A DNA stretch of 64,000 nt from Lama guanicoe (lineage: Eukaryota): assembly GCA_013239625.1 (NCBI GenBank), contig MU053652.1:8878077-8942076 (forward strand), given 5' to 3'. The first letter of the stretch is position 1. Each line of letters begins with the position of its first letter. Below, piece after piece: positions 50,501 to 62,719 of this stretch. Made by a program: the position numbers and the translations under genes. Under the pieces are notes generated by a model, which did no database searches, was not told the DNA's origin, and saw only the letters and a list, made by a program, of their open reading frames with translations.

Positions 50501-53080
50501 TTGTCTCTTTTGATTTCTTTGTGTATGTGTGTATTTATCTTTGGAAGTTACCTGGATCCCCTGATGAATAACTTTTACTGGCTATTTTTCTATTATCTAT
50601 ATGTGGCATTTCTGGGTTATTCTCTTTATGGCATGTGCATGTAAAATATGAATTCTGAGGCCACCTCCCCGTTCTCACCCACTGTGCTCTGAGCCCACCT
50701 CTGCCAACTGTGCGGCTTGAGTGGACTCTGAAAGTTCCCAACAGTTTTCAGATTTTATATTGGTGTAAGTCAGAGCTAATCAGATACATTTACAGAAGCA
50801 AAATCTCATATTGAAAAATCTAACAACCCTTATGCTATTTGGGTTTGTCTCCTGGGTAGCACATGTAAGATACATGCTTTTCTCCCTTTTTAACCTCTCC
50901 CTCTCCCTCTCTCCTTCCCTCTGTCTCTGCTCTTGGCTAGATCAGATATGAAAGAAAACAGCAATCTAAAGGGGTGTGTTATAGGAGAATTTGACTAAGG
51001 TCTGAGGCGTTCCCTGCTTTCCAATGAAAAGGATGTAAGTGACCTCTGCAGTGACTCATCTCTTGATTTTATAAATTGTTGAAATTGGTCCAACCCAAAA
51101 GTATAACGTAGAAGCTCCACTATTTTATATCCAATATCCTTCTGATGATATTTCATTATTTTTGAGTTAAAAAGTGGGATTTATGGCAAAGAGAAATAAA
51201 TCCTAAGAATCAGGCATATTTAAGAAGAAGGAACCATTTGGAAGTTCGGGCACCTCAATCCCCGAATGTCCTGCAGCATTTTCCACATAAGAGGGATGGG
51301 AGAAGCTTGACTTCCACCTCCTGTATCCCTTTCCTATTCTACCCCAAAGAGGAGCAGCAGTCTGCTGTTTCATCTCCTGCTGCACAGACACAAGTTAGGA
51401 GAGAGAGGGACGGGGAAAAGTGCACGGGGGAGAGCGGGGCAGAGCTCATTTGCATAATCTCCTCCACTGCCCAGTCAGTGGAACAGCTTTGGGGGCGGGG
51501 CAGGGGGGTAAGTGATGTTGTGATGTTTTTGCACCTGTGGGGGTGGGCGGTGGGGGGGGGTACTTCCTGGCCATCTCAACTACCAGCCAGGTTGTTCAGG
51601 CTCTTTCTCTTCTATCTTGCTTTTTAACATTTCTCCCCCTTTTCTTCTCTTCAAGCTGTTCTAAAAGCGAAAAGTGCCAACAGTAGAAATCCACCATCCA
51701 GATTTCTGTTCCGTTTGTCTTTGGGGAGCACAAGTTTGGGGATCAGTAAAGCTTTAGATGAGACAGACACCAAGTACTTCACCTCACTGGGAGAAATACA
51801 TGCCTAGAAATTCCACTTTCATATACGTTTGCACACATCCACACACACACACACGTGCGCTCACAAGCCGAGTGAGAAAATAATTCACGTGCTCCAAAAT
51901 TATGCTTCCTTTATTCATTCTTTATGCAGGTAGATGATGTCTTGTAGCTGTCAGAGCCTATGAGGGGACTCATTTCTGCATGTTCCAAAGCAGACCCAAG
52001 TTGATGTTTCATTCTGTGTGGAAACTTTGAGACATGTTTTCAGAAGGAAAAATAGCTTTCAAAAACTTACATCTTTGGAAACCATTCAGCCAGCAGCTGT
52101 TGAGTTGGCCTAATGTTTATACTGACCTGAGTACTTTTACTCTATGCATTATGTTAGCTGTTCCAAGAAGCCTTGAACCATCAAGATAGGGTTAGTCTTT
52201 ACAAGTCACATTTTCTGTGAAGTGGCTGTTGGGGACAATCGGCCGTCAGATAAATGCTTCTAAAGGAAGAATTACTGTTCAAATGAATGTGCCTTCACAT
52301 GCTGTCGAAGCCGAAGCTCCTGCCAATTTAAGAATGGAGCTCTCTACCATTCTCTAAAGAAAGAGAAAAAAAGAGTCTTTCAGGCTTATTTTAAATACAT
52401 CTCTTTTTTTGGTATTTACTAAAAGGCATCTTTTTCACGAGGAAGCAGTAATCAAATTCTGGGGAGTGAGGGCCGCTTCATTATACCTTTTATGGCCTAT
52501 TAATTTGTTACCATCTATCACCTTTGTTGATGAAATTTTAATTTTGCCCTTGCTTGAGCATATTGTAAGAATTGTATAAACTGCAGCTCCCCACGCTAAC
52601 AAAAAGGTCCTTTCAGAGTGAACAGTTGGGAGCTCATTTTATTTCTAGAGCACATTTAAAATAACTTATGAATGAGAGTTGTCAGACATGAAATGCTGTA
52701 TTAATTAAATCTTTTTCTAGTCTTTGCTACTCCAGCGAAACCAACCCTTTAGGAAAATACACGGCCACCTTAATTACAGAGAGAAGACAAAAAGTATCCT
52801 TCACTTTCCTCCGCCTGAATAAGGATAAGAACTCAATTCATCTGTATAATAACCCCCATTAGCTGCTTAACTCAACAGTGCACATGGGAAAATTTTCAAA
52901 CCGCAGTGTAAAAAGTGCTGATTGGGTGGATCATTTTCAAGATTTTGTTCTTCTGATGTGCAAAATGGTCATTTTATGTAAATCTGATATGTCATAACTA
53001 GTAGCTTTAGAACGTTTATGACTTACGACCAAAGTTTTGTGTCCACATCAACTAATGCATCATTGTCTCTTAATATCTAG

Positions 53081-53155
53081 CAGCAGTACCATTCAAAAAT
53101 AGATGATTTGATCGACAACACTGTAAAAGAAATCATTTCACTGCTAGTTTCAAAG
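53081..53155 (+). CDS. CADPS2: CADPS2 coding exon, 75 nt, phase 0 to 0: QQYHSKIDDLIDNTVKEIISLLVSK
   Basis: Acceptor taatatctag (tandem TAG-CAG-CAG); donor AAG|gtaaga; branch-like actaat at 53051. Confidence 0.94.
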
Positions 53156-53757
53156 GTAAGATATTCTTTATTCACCTTTTTAAATCAAATTTTAAAAATA
53201 ATTTTCAACTGAGACTGTTTAGAAATATCTGTCTTATGTTTCTAAATACCTAACTGAGAATAGTGGCTTTAAAAACAGATGCAAGAAAAGTTCACATTTT
53301 AAAAAAGCTTATGTGCAAATTATGAACACTCTTGGTCGGTAACTTTTGGGGGTTTGTATGTAATTAATTTTGGCTTCTCTTGCGATTGTTGTCCCTTTAA
53401 AAGTAAGTCTGCCAATAATACCTTATTGTTTCATGGTCCTATTCTCTTACTGTTTGTCTCACCTCCAGGGATGGGTTGAGTGGTCGTCAGTCCATGAATT
53501 TAGCCCATGTGTTGTGGTGACCCCACTGGGACTCTAGAACTGATCTCACAGGCAGACAGAGAAGGCTAGCAGGGTGGTGTCTGAGGTTCTCCACTCCTAG
53601 AGGTCTCCCACAATTTCCTATTTGATGTTTCAGATATCTTTGACGAAAGCTGTGGCCCCTAATTGTGTAAATAGGGATTAAGCATAAGTGAGTGTTCCAT
53701 TGAATGATTAGATGACTTACAATCCCACCAAGGTGGAACAGAATGCCGTGGGTGGCA

Positions 53758-54082
53758 TTTACATAGACTGAATGTGTCCCCCCGAAATTCGTATGTTGGA
53801 ACTTATGTGTTAGGAGGTGGGGCCTTTGAGAAATAATGAGGTTATGAGGTTGGAGCGCTCATGAAAAACACCCCACCGAGCTCCCTAGCCCCTTCTGTCA
53901 TGTGAAAACACAGTCCAAAGACATCATCTGTGAACCAGAAGGTGGGTCCTCACCAGTCATCGAATCTACCAGCACCTTGACTGTGGACGTCTCAGCCTCT
54001 GTACACTGAGAAATAATGTTTATTGTTTATAAGCCTCCCAGTCTATGGCATTCTGTTTTAGCAGCCTGAGCAGACTAAGACA
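53758..54082 (+). mobile_element. MLT1A-like MaLR solo LTR, followed by an antisense L2 fragment to about 54400
   Basis: actgaatgtgtccccccgaaattcgtatgttg...ttaggaggtggggcctttg...agcagcctgagcagactaagaca terminus. Confidence 0.85.
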
Positions 54083-57000
54083 ACGGATTAGTAAGGGGGA
54101 GAGAAGGGAAACATTAAGGATTATTTTTAGGTTTATGGCTGGCAGCGTGGGATGGATGTTGATGCCTTTCTGTGATGCATGGTGCCCTGGAAGAGGAATA
54201 GATTTGGAGGGAAAGACCACAGCGTCAGTATTGGACACACTGAGATTGAGCTGCCTCTGAGATTCTGGAGGGAGGAGATACCACGGAGACATTCAGATAT
54301 TTAGCTGTTTGGGTCTGGAGTTCAGAGGAGGGATATGGGATCAAAATATCAATGCGATTATAAGATTTCAGCCATCGGAAATGATTCTGGGAGTAGCTGC
54401 TCTCCTCGGGCACACATGTTTACATTGGAACCCCGTGGAAGAAGTAAAAACATGAAATTTGAAGAAATGAAAACCACCTTAAAGGAAGCAAAAAAAAAAG
54501 TTATCTAATTAGAAAAGGACTTACATAATTTTTATGAAGAAAGAAAATGATGGCAGGAACATTAAATCTTGCCAAGGAAAAGATGCAAGAAATGCTATAT
54601 TTATTACCACCTTATATTAGAATTAATTAAATCAGACAAACTGGGGGAGAGTCAGGAGGGCTGGACTCTCCTCCCATTTCTTCATGTTACCAAGTGGGTC
54701 TCCTTGCACGGCTGTTTCTTCATCAACAAAGCACAAGTGTTGGATAAGAAAAATATCTACAGCCTTTTCTCAGTCTAAAGCGAAGGTCCGTATATACTTT
54801 TCTGTGTGGAGGCTTCCTCCCCAGGCTCTAAAGTCCCGCAGCACGCACACGCCAGAGTTGGAAGAGAACCCTGAGGTCGTCTAGCAGGGGCTTTTCAAAC
54901 ATCTTTACAATTTTTGTAAGATGCATTTCTTTATATTTTTATAATGTTTATGAGATGTGTGTAATGTCTGTATCTTAGGGAGCATCCCAGATGCAACACT
55001 GATCCAAGCAAAGCTGTTCTGATTGAGGAGGGGAAGGGGGCCCAGAGCCCACCTGTGTGGCCCCATCTCCTAAGGCAGGCCTGGCCCACCCAGAGGCCAG
55101 TCTCCTTGTTCACAGATGAGGAATCAGAGGACCAAGGTCCTACGGTGGGTGGCGGAGGGGCCAGGACTTGACCCTGTGGCCCTAAGTCTGTCATCTTTCC
55201 ACAACACCACACAGAACTCAGCAAGACCAGAGAGGGAGGGCATGGGAGCTTCACTGCCCCATCTTCTCGGGTCCCCTTTGTGTGTCCAGGCTTTGTGTCC
55301 TTCCTTCGATATGTGTTGCCCACAGGCATACACACTGTGGGACCAGCTTGGGCAGGTCATCAGGTGGGGGGCAGCTGTGAATCAGGTGGATGAGAGTGGC
55401 GTTCCTTATGTGTAACATGAGGATGCTGAAGATAAACTGGTGGAGGGTCAGGGAGGCCTGTAAGAATGAATTGGTTGGGGGGAAATGGTCAACAGAACAA
55501 AGAATGAGAAAATGATCATTTTCACGATGCACTGCAGTAACCAGGGCTTGGGAAATTCTGTGTGTGATTTAAAGGGCACAGCAGTAGATTCAACTTCCTC
55601 AGTCCTCAATTATTGCAAAAAGGGGTTCAGGAAAGAGTGTATACTTTTCCATTAAGTACATATAGGTGTATAAGTTGAGACATATACATACACACACATA
55701 ATTCTTTTGATAACCTAGAATGTTTTCTCCTGAATTTCTCTTAAGAGGGACAGAGGACAGATCTGACCCATTTAGATGATATAATTAAAATATCTCCTCT
55801 CAACTCAATCTGATGGCATAAACTAGATTAAATTTACTTCTTTGGATCAAGGCAATGTATTCAGAAGCCAACTGTTCATCAAGTCCAAGCGTGTGCTTAA
55901 AAGGAATAACACACCCCATTAGGAGCCATTAAAATACAAATTAAGGTAGTTTAGTCTCTTCGTGGGGGCAAGGGAGAAAGGAACAATGAGAGAAGCACGG
56001 AGAATCCACCAACATCTGGGCTAGGTCTGCTGTTTTGGAAATTGTCTGAGATACTTCACAGAACAAGGCATGTTGTATAAATCCCTGCTTTCAGATACTG
56101 TCCATCCTCTGTATGGATGCAGATGATCTGTAAGGACCTTTTGAGAGTCAATTGGAAACAAAGGTTCAAAGAGGAAGTGGATTCATAGCAGGAGAAAAGA
56201 GGATTGTATTTTATTGTATTGTAACATTAACATTAATTCCAGTTCAGGGAAGGAAACCTGTTTTCCAGTTTGTGCTATTCTGGTTCCATGCAGATTTTTA
56301 ACAACACTAGTTAGTCCTTACTGTACCAAACAAAAATAAAACATCCGCTAATAGATATCTCCAGCCTTATTAACCTCCCCCCACCAAATAACCTAGTTTT
56401 TCATAATTAATCTCATTTATAGATGAATCTTCTTTCTGTGGAAGATTGAATAACGTGCAGTGTAAATGATGCAGATAGTCCTTGTTTACTTTGTGAAATT
56501 TCACAGGGGGAGCAGCGAGCCCTGAGTGTTTTGAACCCGCCAGTCTGTAGCTGGTATTCTCCCTGTGACATCTTAGAATTTGTGGTTCTCCTTTCCATAC
56601 GTGTAGGAGAGTGAATCTTAAACCCTTGTTAAATCCAACAAGAAATGGAACGGGCATGCCTTGTGGCATACTTCATGTTTCATTCTTCCAGTCATTTCAA
56701 TATGCTTTCATCTTTAATTTCCCTGAGAGTGTGCATGACGAGGCAAAGTTGATAATGACCCAGGCAGACTTTAGGTGCTAAATATTATTCAAACAATCCC
56801 AGTAAATGACATCCACAGTGAAGAGCAGGGAAACAAAGAGATGATAGGGTTTCATTCCAACCCGACACCCTCAGGAGCACAGAGAGCACAAGGCAAGCCC
56901 GTAAGTGTTTATATACTCCCTGAGCTGCACGGAGAAAGGTCGCAGGAAGCAGCTAAACCCAGCGTTTAACTGCATCTCTTTGGAATGTTTTGTGCAATTA

Positions 57001-58168
57001 AAAGCCAGATGGAACCAAACCGTATCATTATTAGTCAATCCTGAGGCTAAGAGAGTTTGGTTTTTAAGGTAGCTCTTTCACCTCGTGTGCCTTGACAAAA
57101 ATCTTCCAAAGGAAACCTTCCTGGAGGAGCCATCTGGCTCATCTGGTCAATCAATCCCCGAGGCGCAGTCGCTGTTCACTGCCATGTAAGCACTTGGAGT
57201 CCCTGCTGTATCGTGTATCCACAGGGACCGTTTGGGGTAGGGAGGAGCCCACAGGGAGACTCTGCACTATTGTTAAAATGGAGGCAAAGAACGCTGTAAC
57301 AGTGTGTCCACACATTGGGCTTAGCGGGACATGACCCAGTATTGCTTTGTCCTCTAAAGAGAAGACAAGCCAGACAGGCTGCCTGATGTCACAGTGGGGA
57401 AACGTCTTTCCTAACTTCATCTGCCTGTAGGCTTCCCCAAGTGTCATTTCATCCACCCTGTTACTGACATCCTGCGGCTCTGCCCCTGTGCCGCCTTGCC
57501 CATGACGCCTACCCACTATCCTCCAGTCACAGTCACTCTTCCCTTCTCCAGTTTCAGTTACACTTTGTCCCTCAACACTTTCTGCCTCGTCTGATGACCA
57601 GCTGTATACATGTCTGTCTCTCCTACTAGTTTCTGTGTTCTTGGAGGGAAGGGTCTAAGGCTCATATTTTTTGTACTTCCCAAATTAGGTGCTCCATGAT
57701 AATAATTTTAACAAAATAGCATTTATTGAGCACTTATTATTTGCCAGGCACATTACTTATGTCATCTCATTTAATGCGTACAACTCTGTAGCAGGATGGT
57801 AAAGAACATGGGCTTTGGAGCCAGACCACCTGTGTCCAAAGCCTCCCTCCCCTACTGCCAGCCAGTGACCTTGAAACAGATGGGATTCACCATGGGTCTT
57901 CTGACTTGCAGTGTCAGCTCTGTCCTTCCTCCACAGATACCGTTTAATTGAGTTAGACCCATTCGCTGGTAACCGAACTCATTATTACCCTTGTTGCTGA
58001 ACAATCCCAAGGCTACCCGCATTAACTCGTGACTTAATATATGTAGGTTTACCTATATAAGCGCTGGTGATTTAGCAAATCATACCAATAATATTCATTC
58101 TTTGCATTTCTTCCTGTGTTGCCATTTACACAGTCCCTTCACCTAAATCATCTTGCCTGATCTTCACA

Positions 58169-58234
58169 CCATCCTTGTTATGGGCAAGGCCGTGTCATCT
58201 TCCATCCTTGTTATGGGCAGGGCCATGTCATCCT
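58169..58234. repeat. 33-bp tandem duplication
   Basis: ccatccttgttatgggcaaggccgtgtcatctt followed by ccatccttgttatgggcagggccatgtcatcct. Confidence 0.9.
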
Positions 58235-59784
58235 CCCTGTCTCACTGATGAGTACACTAAGGCTGGAGGAGCTGAATGTCCAAACTGTCGTCTCATAGTC
58301 AGAGTGGCAGAGCTACAACTGGAGCTCCGATCCTCTAAACTCATCCACGGAGGGGGTCCTGCCTCTACCTTACCTTGTCCCTCAGCATCACTCACCTGTG
58401 TAGACAGATACTCACGTGAAGTCACCAAGAACCAGGTGCTGTGCTAGAGTCTTCTATGGTTCAGGTTGTCTGGTAACCACAGCAATCATCGCTCTCCTCA
58501 TAGCGAATGAGATCACCCAGCACGCACTGGCTCTCAAGGTTTGAGTTACACGAGACAAGGCTTTTTCCACAGAGGGCCATTAAGTCTGGAATTCCCTTCC
58601 CCTGGTCTGACATAGCCCTGGAGTATTGGTCTTCTGGGTCTTCACCAACCACATCAGGTTGATTTAGCCAACTGTGATTGGTAAGAAATCTTAATGGGCA
58701 GGAGAAAAATGCGAACTTGGTTTTTAGTCATGAGCAATTTGCAGTTTTGTGTTTTTTTGCTGTTTGTATCCCCTCGGATGACTAACCAACCATTCATAAT
58801 TGTCATTCTTTAAAAATAAAATTCTAGTCAGCCGTTTGCATGAATTTGTTTCTGTGTACTTACATCATGTCGCGAGTGATGTGATGGAGAAACCTACAGG
58901 GAAGTTTTTGTTTCTTTTGCATAAACCATTTTGCAGTAATTGACCAGCCATAGAGAGAAGATTATCTCCTGTGCACTCTCAGCGAGCTCTCTGGTCACCA
59001 GAGACCAATAAGCTGTGTCCCTAGAACTATTATCACTTTGTTGAAGAAGCTGCTATGTGAACAAAAACCAGCCGTCATTAATTTCCCTTTTCGTATTTAA
59101 AAAACCTTGTCAGTATTTTCCCTTTGGGAACGTATAATTTGTCAATAGTGCATATTATTTTAGTTCTAAAGAGGAAAGATGTGGGGCAGTAGATCCTTAT
59201 TAATATCTCTTTATTTATCTTCCTGCCGGATCTTAGTGTTTCCACTCAATGAAGTAAAATTCCCCACATTTTAAACTACATGACAGTGTACCTGTCTGGA
59301 TTTTCATTTCATAGAAATATGAAATGTCAGAAATGTAAAGCTTTTGAGACTAATCTTAATTCTATACCCACCCCCCTCCCCCAACACAGACACACTATTT
59401 CACTGATGGAGGAACATGTTGGTGCAGTGATTGGCCTGCGCCCACGCTGTGGTCAGTCATTGACAGAATCGGGATATATATTCTCAGTCTGGTGCCCTTG
59501 CCATTGTACCCTGCAGTGTGTGTATCTGCTTGAGCTCCCAGCTACTTTGGAAGCTTCCGAAAGCAGGGATGAGCCTCACGTGTCCCCATGAGAACTGCTC
59601 GGTACACACTTGTTAGCTAAGGGATCAGACTCATTTCAATGTGACAAGAGTCCCTTTCATTATCTGTTCTTTTTCATTCAGCCTCTTCTGTAGGTAGAAA
59701 AGGTTGGGGAATGGTCACGTGATAAAATGATAGCCAGGAATTTGACTAAGTTTGACCATCGTTGCTTCTAAACATCTCTGTAAT

Positions 59785-59950
59785 TTTTTATTGAGGTATA
59801 ATTGACATGTAACGTTATGTTTGTTTCAGGTGTACAACATAATGATTGGATATGTGTATATATTGCAGAATGTTCACCACAAGAAGGCTAGTTAACATCA
59901 TCGGTCCCCATACAGAGTTACAATTTTTTTTTCTTGTGATGAGGACTTAA
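59785..59950 (-). mobile_element. L1MA-type 3' end fragment
   Basis: ttttattgaggtataattgacatgtaacgttatg...tcaggtgtacaacataatgatt. Confidence 0.75.
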
Positions 59951-60280
59951 AAATAATCTGTATTAGAGTTGAAAATTATTTTAAGAAACAGTCTCAGGAA
60001 TGTAAAGTGATTTACTAATGGTTTAAATTACCTCGCATGCTCCTGTTACACATTATTTTTTTATCTCAAAAAATGTGCATCTTGTTTCCAGCAATGCAAA
60101 AGCATCTAAGAGCTCATCTTCAAAGTGAGAGAGTAAACGTGACAAGTCAGCCCCTCAGCTGTCAGTTTAAACGTTTCGGATTTTTGTGTCATGGGAGAAA
60201 CTGGCCTAGGAATTGTTGGCCCTATTATTTGTTTGTGTACACTGTAATATCCTAAATACTGACTATAAACTGTATTATAG

Positions 60281-60364
60281 TTTGTTTCAGTGCTGGAAGG
60301 GGTGTTGTCTAAGCTGTCAAGATACGATGAAGGCACTTTCTTTTCATCCATTCTGTCATTCACT
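60281..60364 (+). CDS. CADPS2: CADPS2 coding exon, 84 nt, phase 0 to 0: [28 protein letters not shown]
   Basis: Acceptor tgtattatag; donor ACT|gtgagt. Confidence 0.94.
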
Positions 60365-60465
60365 GTGAGTATCTGAGTTTTCCTCTGCTGTCTTTTGACT
60401 GCTATCACAGGACTTGTCAAATCGTTAAGAAAATAATTCTCATAATTATCTCTTTTCCACTTAAG

Positions 60466-60498
60466 GTGAAAGCAGCTGCAAAGTATGTTGATGTTCCA
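60466..60498 (+). CDS. CADPS2: CADPS2 coding exon, 33 nt, phase 0 to 0: VKAAAKYVDVP
   Basis: Acceptor tcttttccacttaag; donor CCA|gtaagt; follows a 101-nt intron; start of ORF 60466..60747. Confidence 0.93.
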
Positions 60499-61544
60499 GT
60501 AAGTATTTTTTACTTGCTTTTTAAAGCCTATATATCATTCTTATCTTTAAAGAGTAATTACAGTTCACCATGGGTTTATTTTGAATCTTTAAACCAGTGT
60601 CATTCCCTCAGGGAGGAGTTAATTTTTTTTCAGCAAGCACTTGCCCTCATAACAAGACCCGACAAGGTTATTTCAGTGTACTTCTTCCGTTGTAACTCGG
60701 GGACTCTTAGGGACATCAGCTCATCACAGGAACAGTTGCAGCTCTAGGATGGAGTAGAAAATGCCTCTCACTATTTATTTAAAAAGTTCACTCTCCTTCC
60801 CTTTCCATGAAAGCTCTTACAGGACTTAAAGTAACAATAAAGATGAAACAGTTAAATCAAAAAACTAGGTGTCTAGATACAAAAGCATTATAAATAAATC
60901 AATATTCACTTACTTTAATATTTTCTTTTTCACAGAATTCTTGGTAAATAATGCATACCCTGTAAATTTGTTCAAAGGTTCAGATACCATGAGAGGAAAT
61001 TATGAAACTTACTTAGCTACAGTGAAAAAAATTCACATGATAAATACAGTCAGCAAGTTAGCACAGCAATTTCAAGTTGGTGATCATAACAAATTAGTTT
61101 CTGCCTTAAATTCTGTCATCCCACGGATATGATCAAAGCTTAAGGTGCTCTGTTTAATCATATATCGTGGCATGTGCATCAGTTTTCAGAGAATTAGAGC
61201 TCAATGGGAAAAAAAAAACTTAAAATGTAAAACTAGATGGAGTATAAGTCATCTTATGTTTGATTAAGGCCGTGCTTGAGTAGCATCTCCATCTCTACGT
61301 TGTCGTCGTGAACGTTAGCGGTTTGGGTGCTGGCAGTCTGTGCGGATCAGTTGCAGGTGGCTCTTATTTTTTAAAAGCACAACTGAATTTTATACTACAG
61401 ACAATACTGTCCCCAGAGTTATGGCTGCTACAGTTCTTATAAACGGACATTTTAAATGAAAAGATTGTGGCCTTTCCTGCCTTTGCCTTGGGTTTCTTTG
61501 GAGCAGGTTGTTGCTGAGTTTTTCCCTTTACAAATGGTTCCCAA

Positions 61545-61910
61545 GAGATTGTCATTCTAAGTGAAGTAAGCCGGAAAGAGAAAGAAAAATACCGTATGAT
61601 ATTGCTTATATGTGGATTAATCTAAAAAAAGGGGGAAAAAGGACACAAATGAACTTACCTACGAAACAGAAACAGATTCACAGACATAGAGAATAGACTT
61701 ATGGTTACCAGGTGGTAAAGGGGGTGGGAAGGGATAAATTGGGGATTTGAAATTTGTACCTCTGGCAGAGTGATGGAAATGTTAGCTATCTTGATTGTGG
61801 TGATGGTTTCATTGGCGTCTATGTCTATCAAAATTCATCAAATTGTACATCTGAAATATGTGTAGTTCACTGTACAGGAATCATACCACAATAATGGTGT
61901 TAAAAAAATA
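61545..61910 (+). mobile_element. L1 3' end fragments: an artiodactyl-type piece joined to an older L1M-type terminus
   Basis: attctaagtgaagtaagcc...acagacatagagaatagacttatggttacca, then gtgatggaaatgtt...tatcttgattgtggtgatggtttc. Confidence 0.7.
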
Positions 61911-62399
61911 AGGCAATTTCCAGAATTTAAGCTTAGAGCACTAACAGGACAAGTGTCTAAAGATACAGGTCCAAAGAGGCTCATTTCAGCATTAGTAGAA
62001 TAAGAAAAATTAGAAAACCCTATTAACATTCAAAATAGGATATTCATTAAATACATTATGGTATCATCACACAATGGAATACGATGCAGCTGTTTAAAAA
62101 GATGGTGGGAGATCTATGTTCATTACATAGTATTATGATCAAAATATAAGGAGTGAGAAAATTGCATTAAGAGCATTTTGTATAGTGAAAAATAAAAAAC
62201 CCGTCTTGGCACACTCCTTGTCTTGTGCCTAGAATCAGAAAATCAGTACTGGGTAAGCAGCAGAGAGACTCACATGTGTTGTCCTGCAAAGGAGCAGCAC
62301 GAAAGAGAGAAAGGGAGAATTAAGGGGAAGAGTTTATATTTGCTGTCTGGAAAAGGAAAAGGCAAGTAATCATAGGAACACATGAACCTCATTGGAATT

Positions 62400-62497
62400 C
62401 TTTTTTTTTTTGTATATGCATATGTATTTTTTTATTGAAGTATAGTCAGTTTACAGTATGTTAATTTCTGATATACAGCATAATGCTTCAGTCATTG
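62400..62497 (-). mobile_element. Very short 5'-truncated L1 3' tip
   Basis: T tract, then ttttattgaagtatagtcagtttaca; flanked by ggaattctt and gcaattctt. Confidence 0.6.
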
Positions 62498-62719
62498 CAA
62501 TTCTTAACACACATCTTATAATACAGTTTTTTATTTTAATTTTGAATTACAAATGGAATGGGACACCCTAATTATTTCTGTTCTTAGAACTTTTGAAGTT
62601 CTTAATTTGACTCTGTGCTAGATCTGTCAGACCCCATAGCACGTCAGAGTTGAAGGATACAGAAAGAGGTTCATGCATACTCCCTCTCAGTGCAGAAGCC
62701 CCCTCTCCTAATATTCCAC

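Noticed and set aside
58988..59004. Interrupted palindrome TCTCTGGT-C-ACCAGAGA
   Set aside because: An 8-bp arm at fixed spacing is expected about once by chance in 64 kb.
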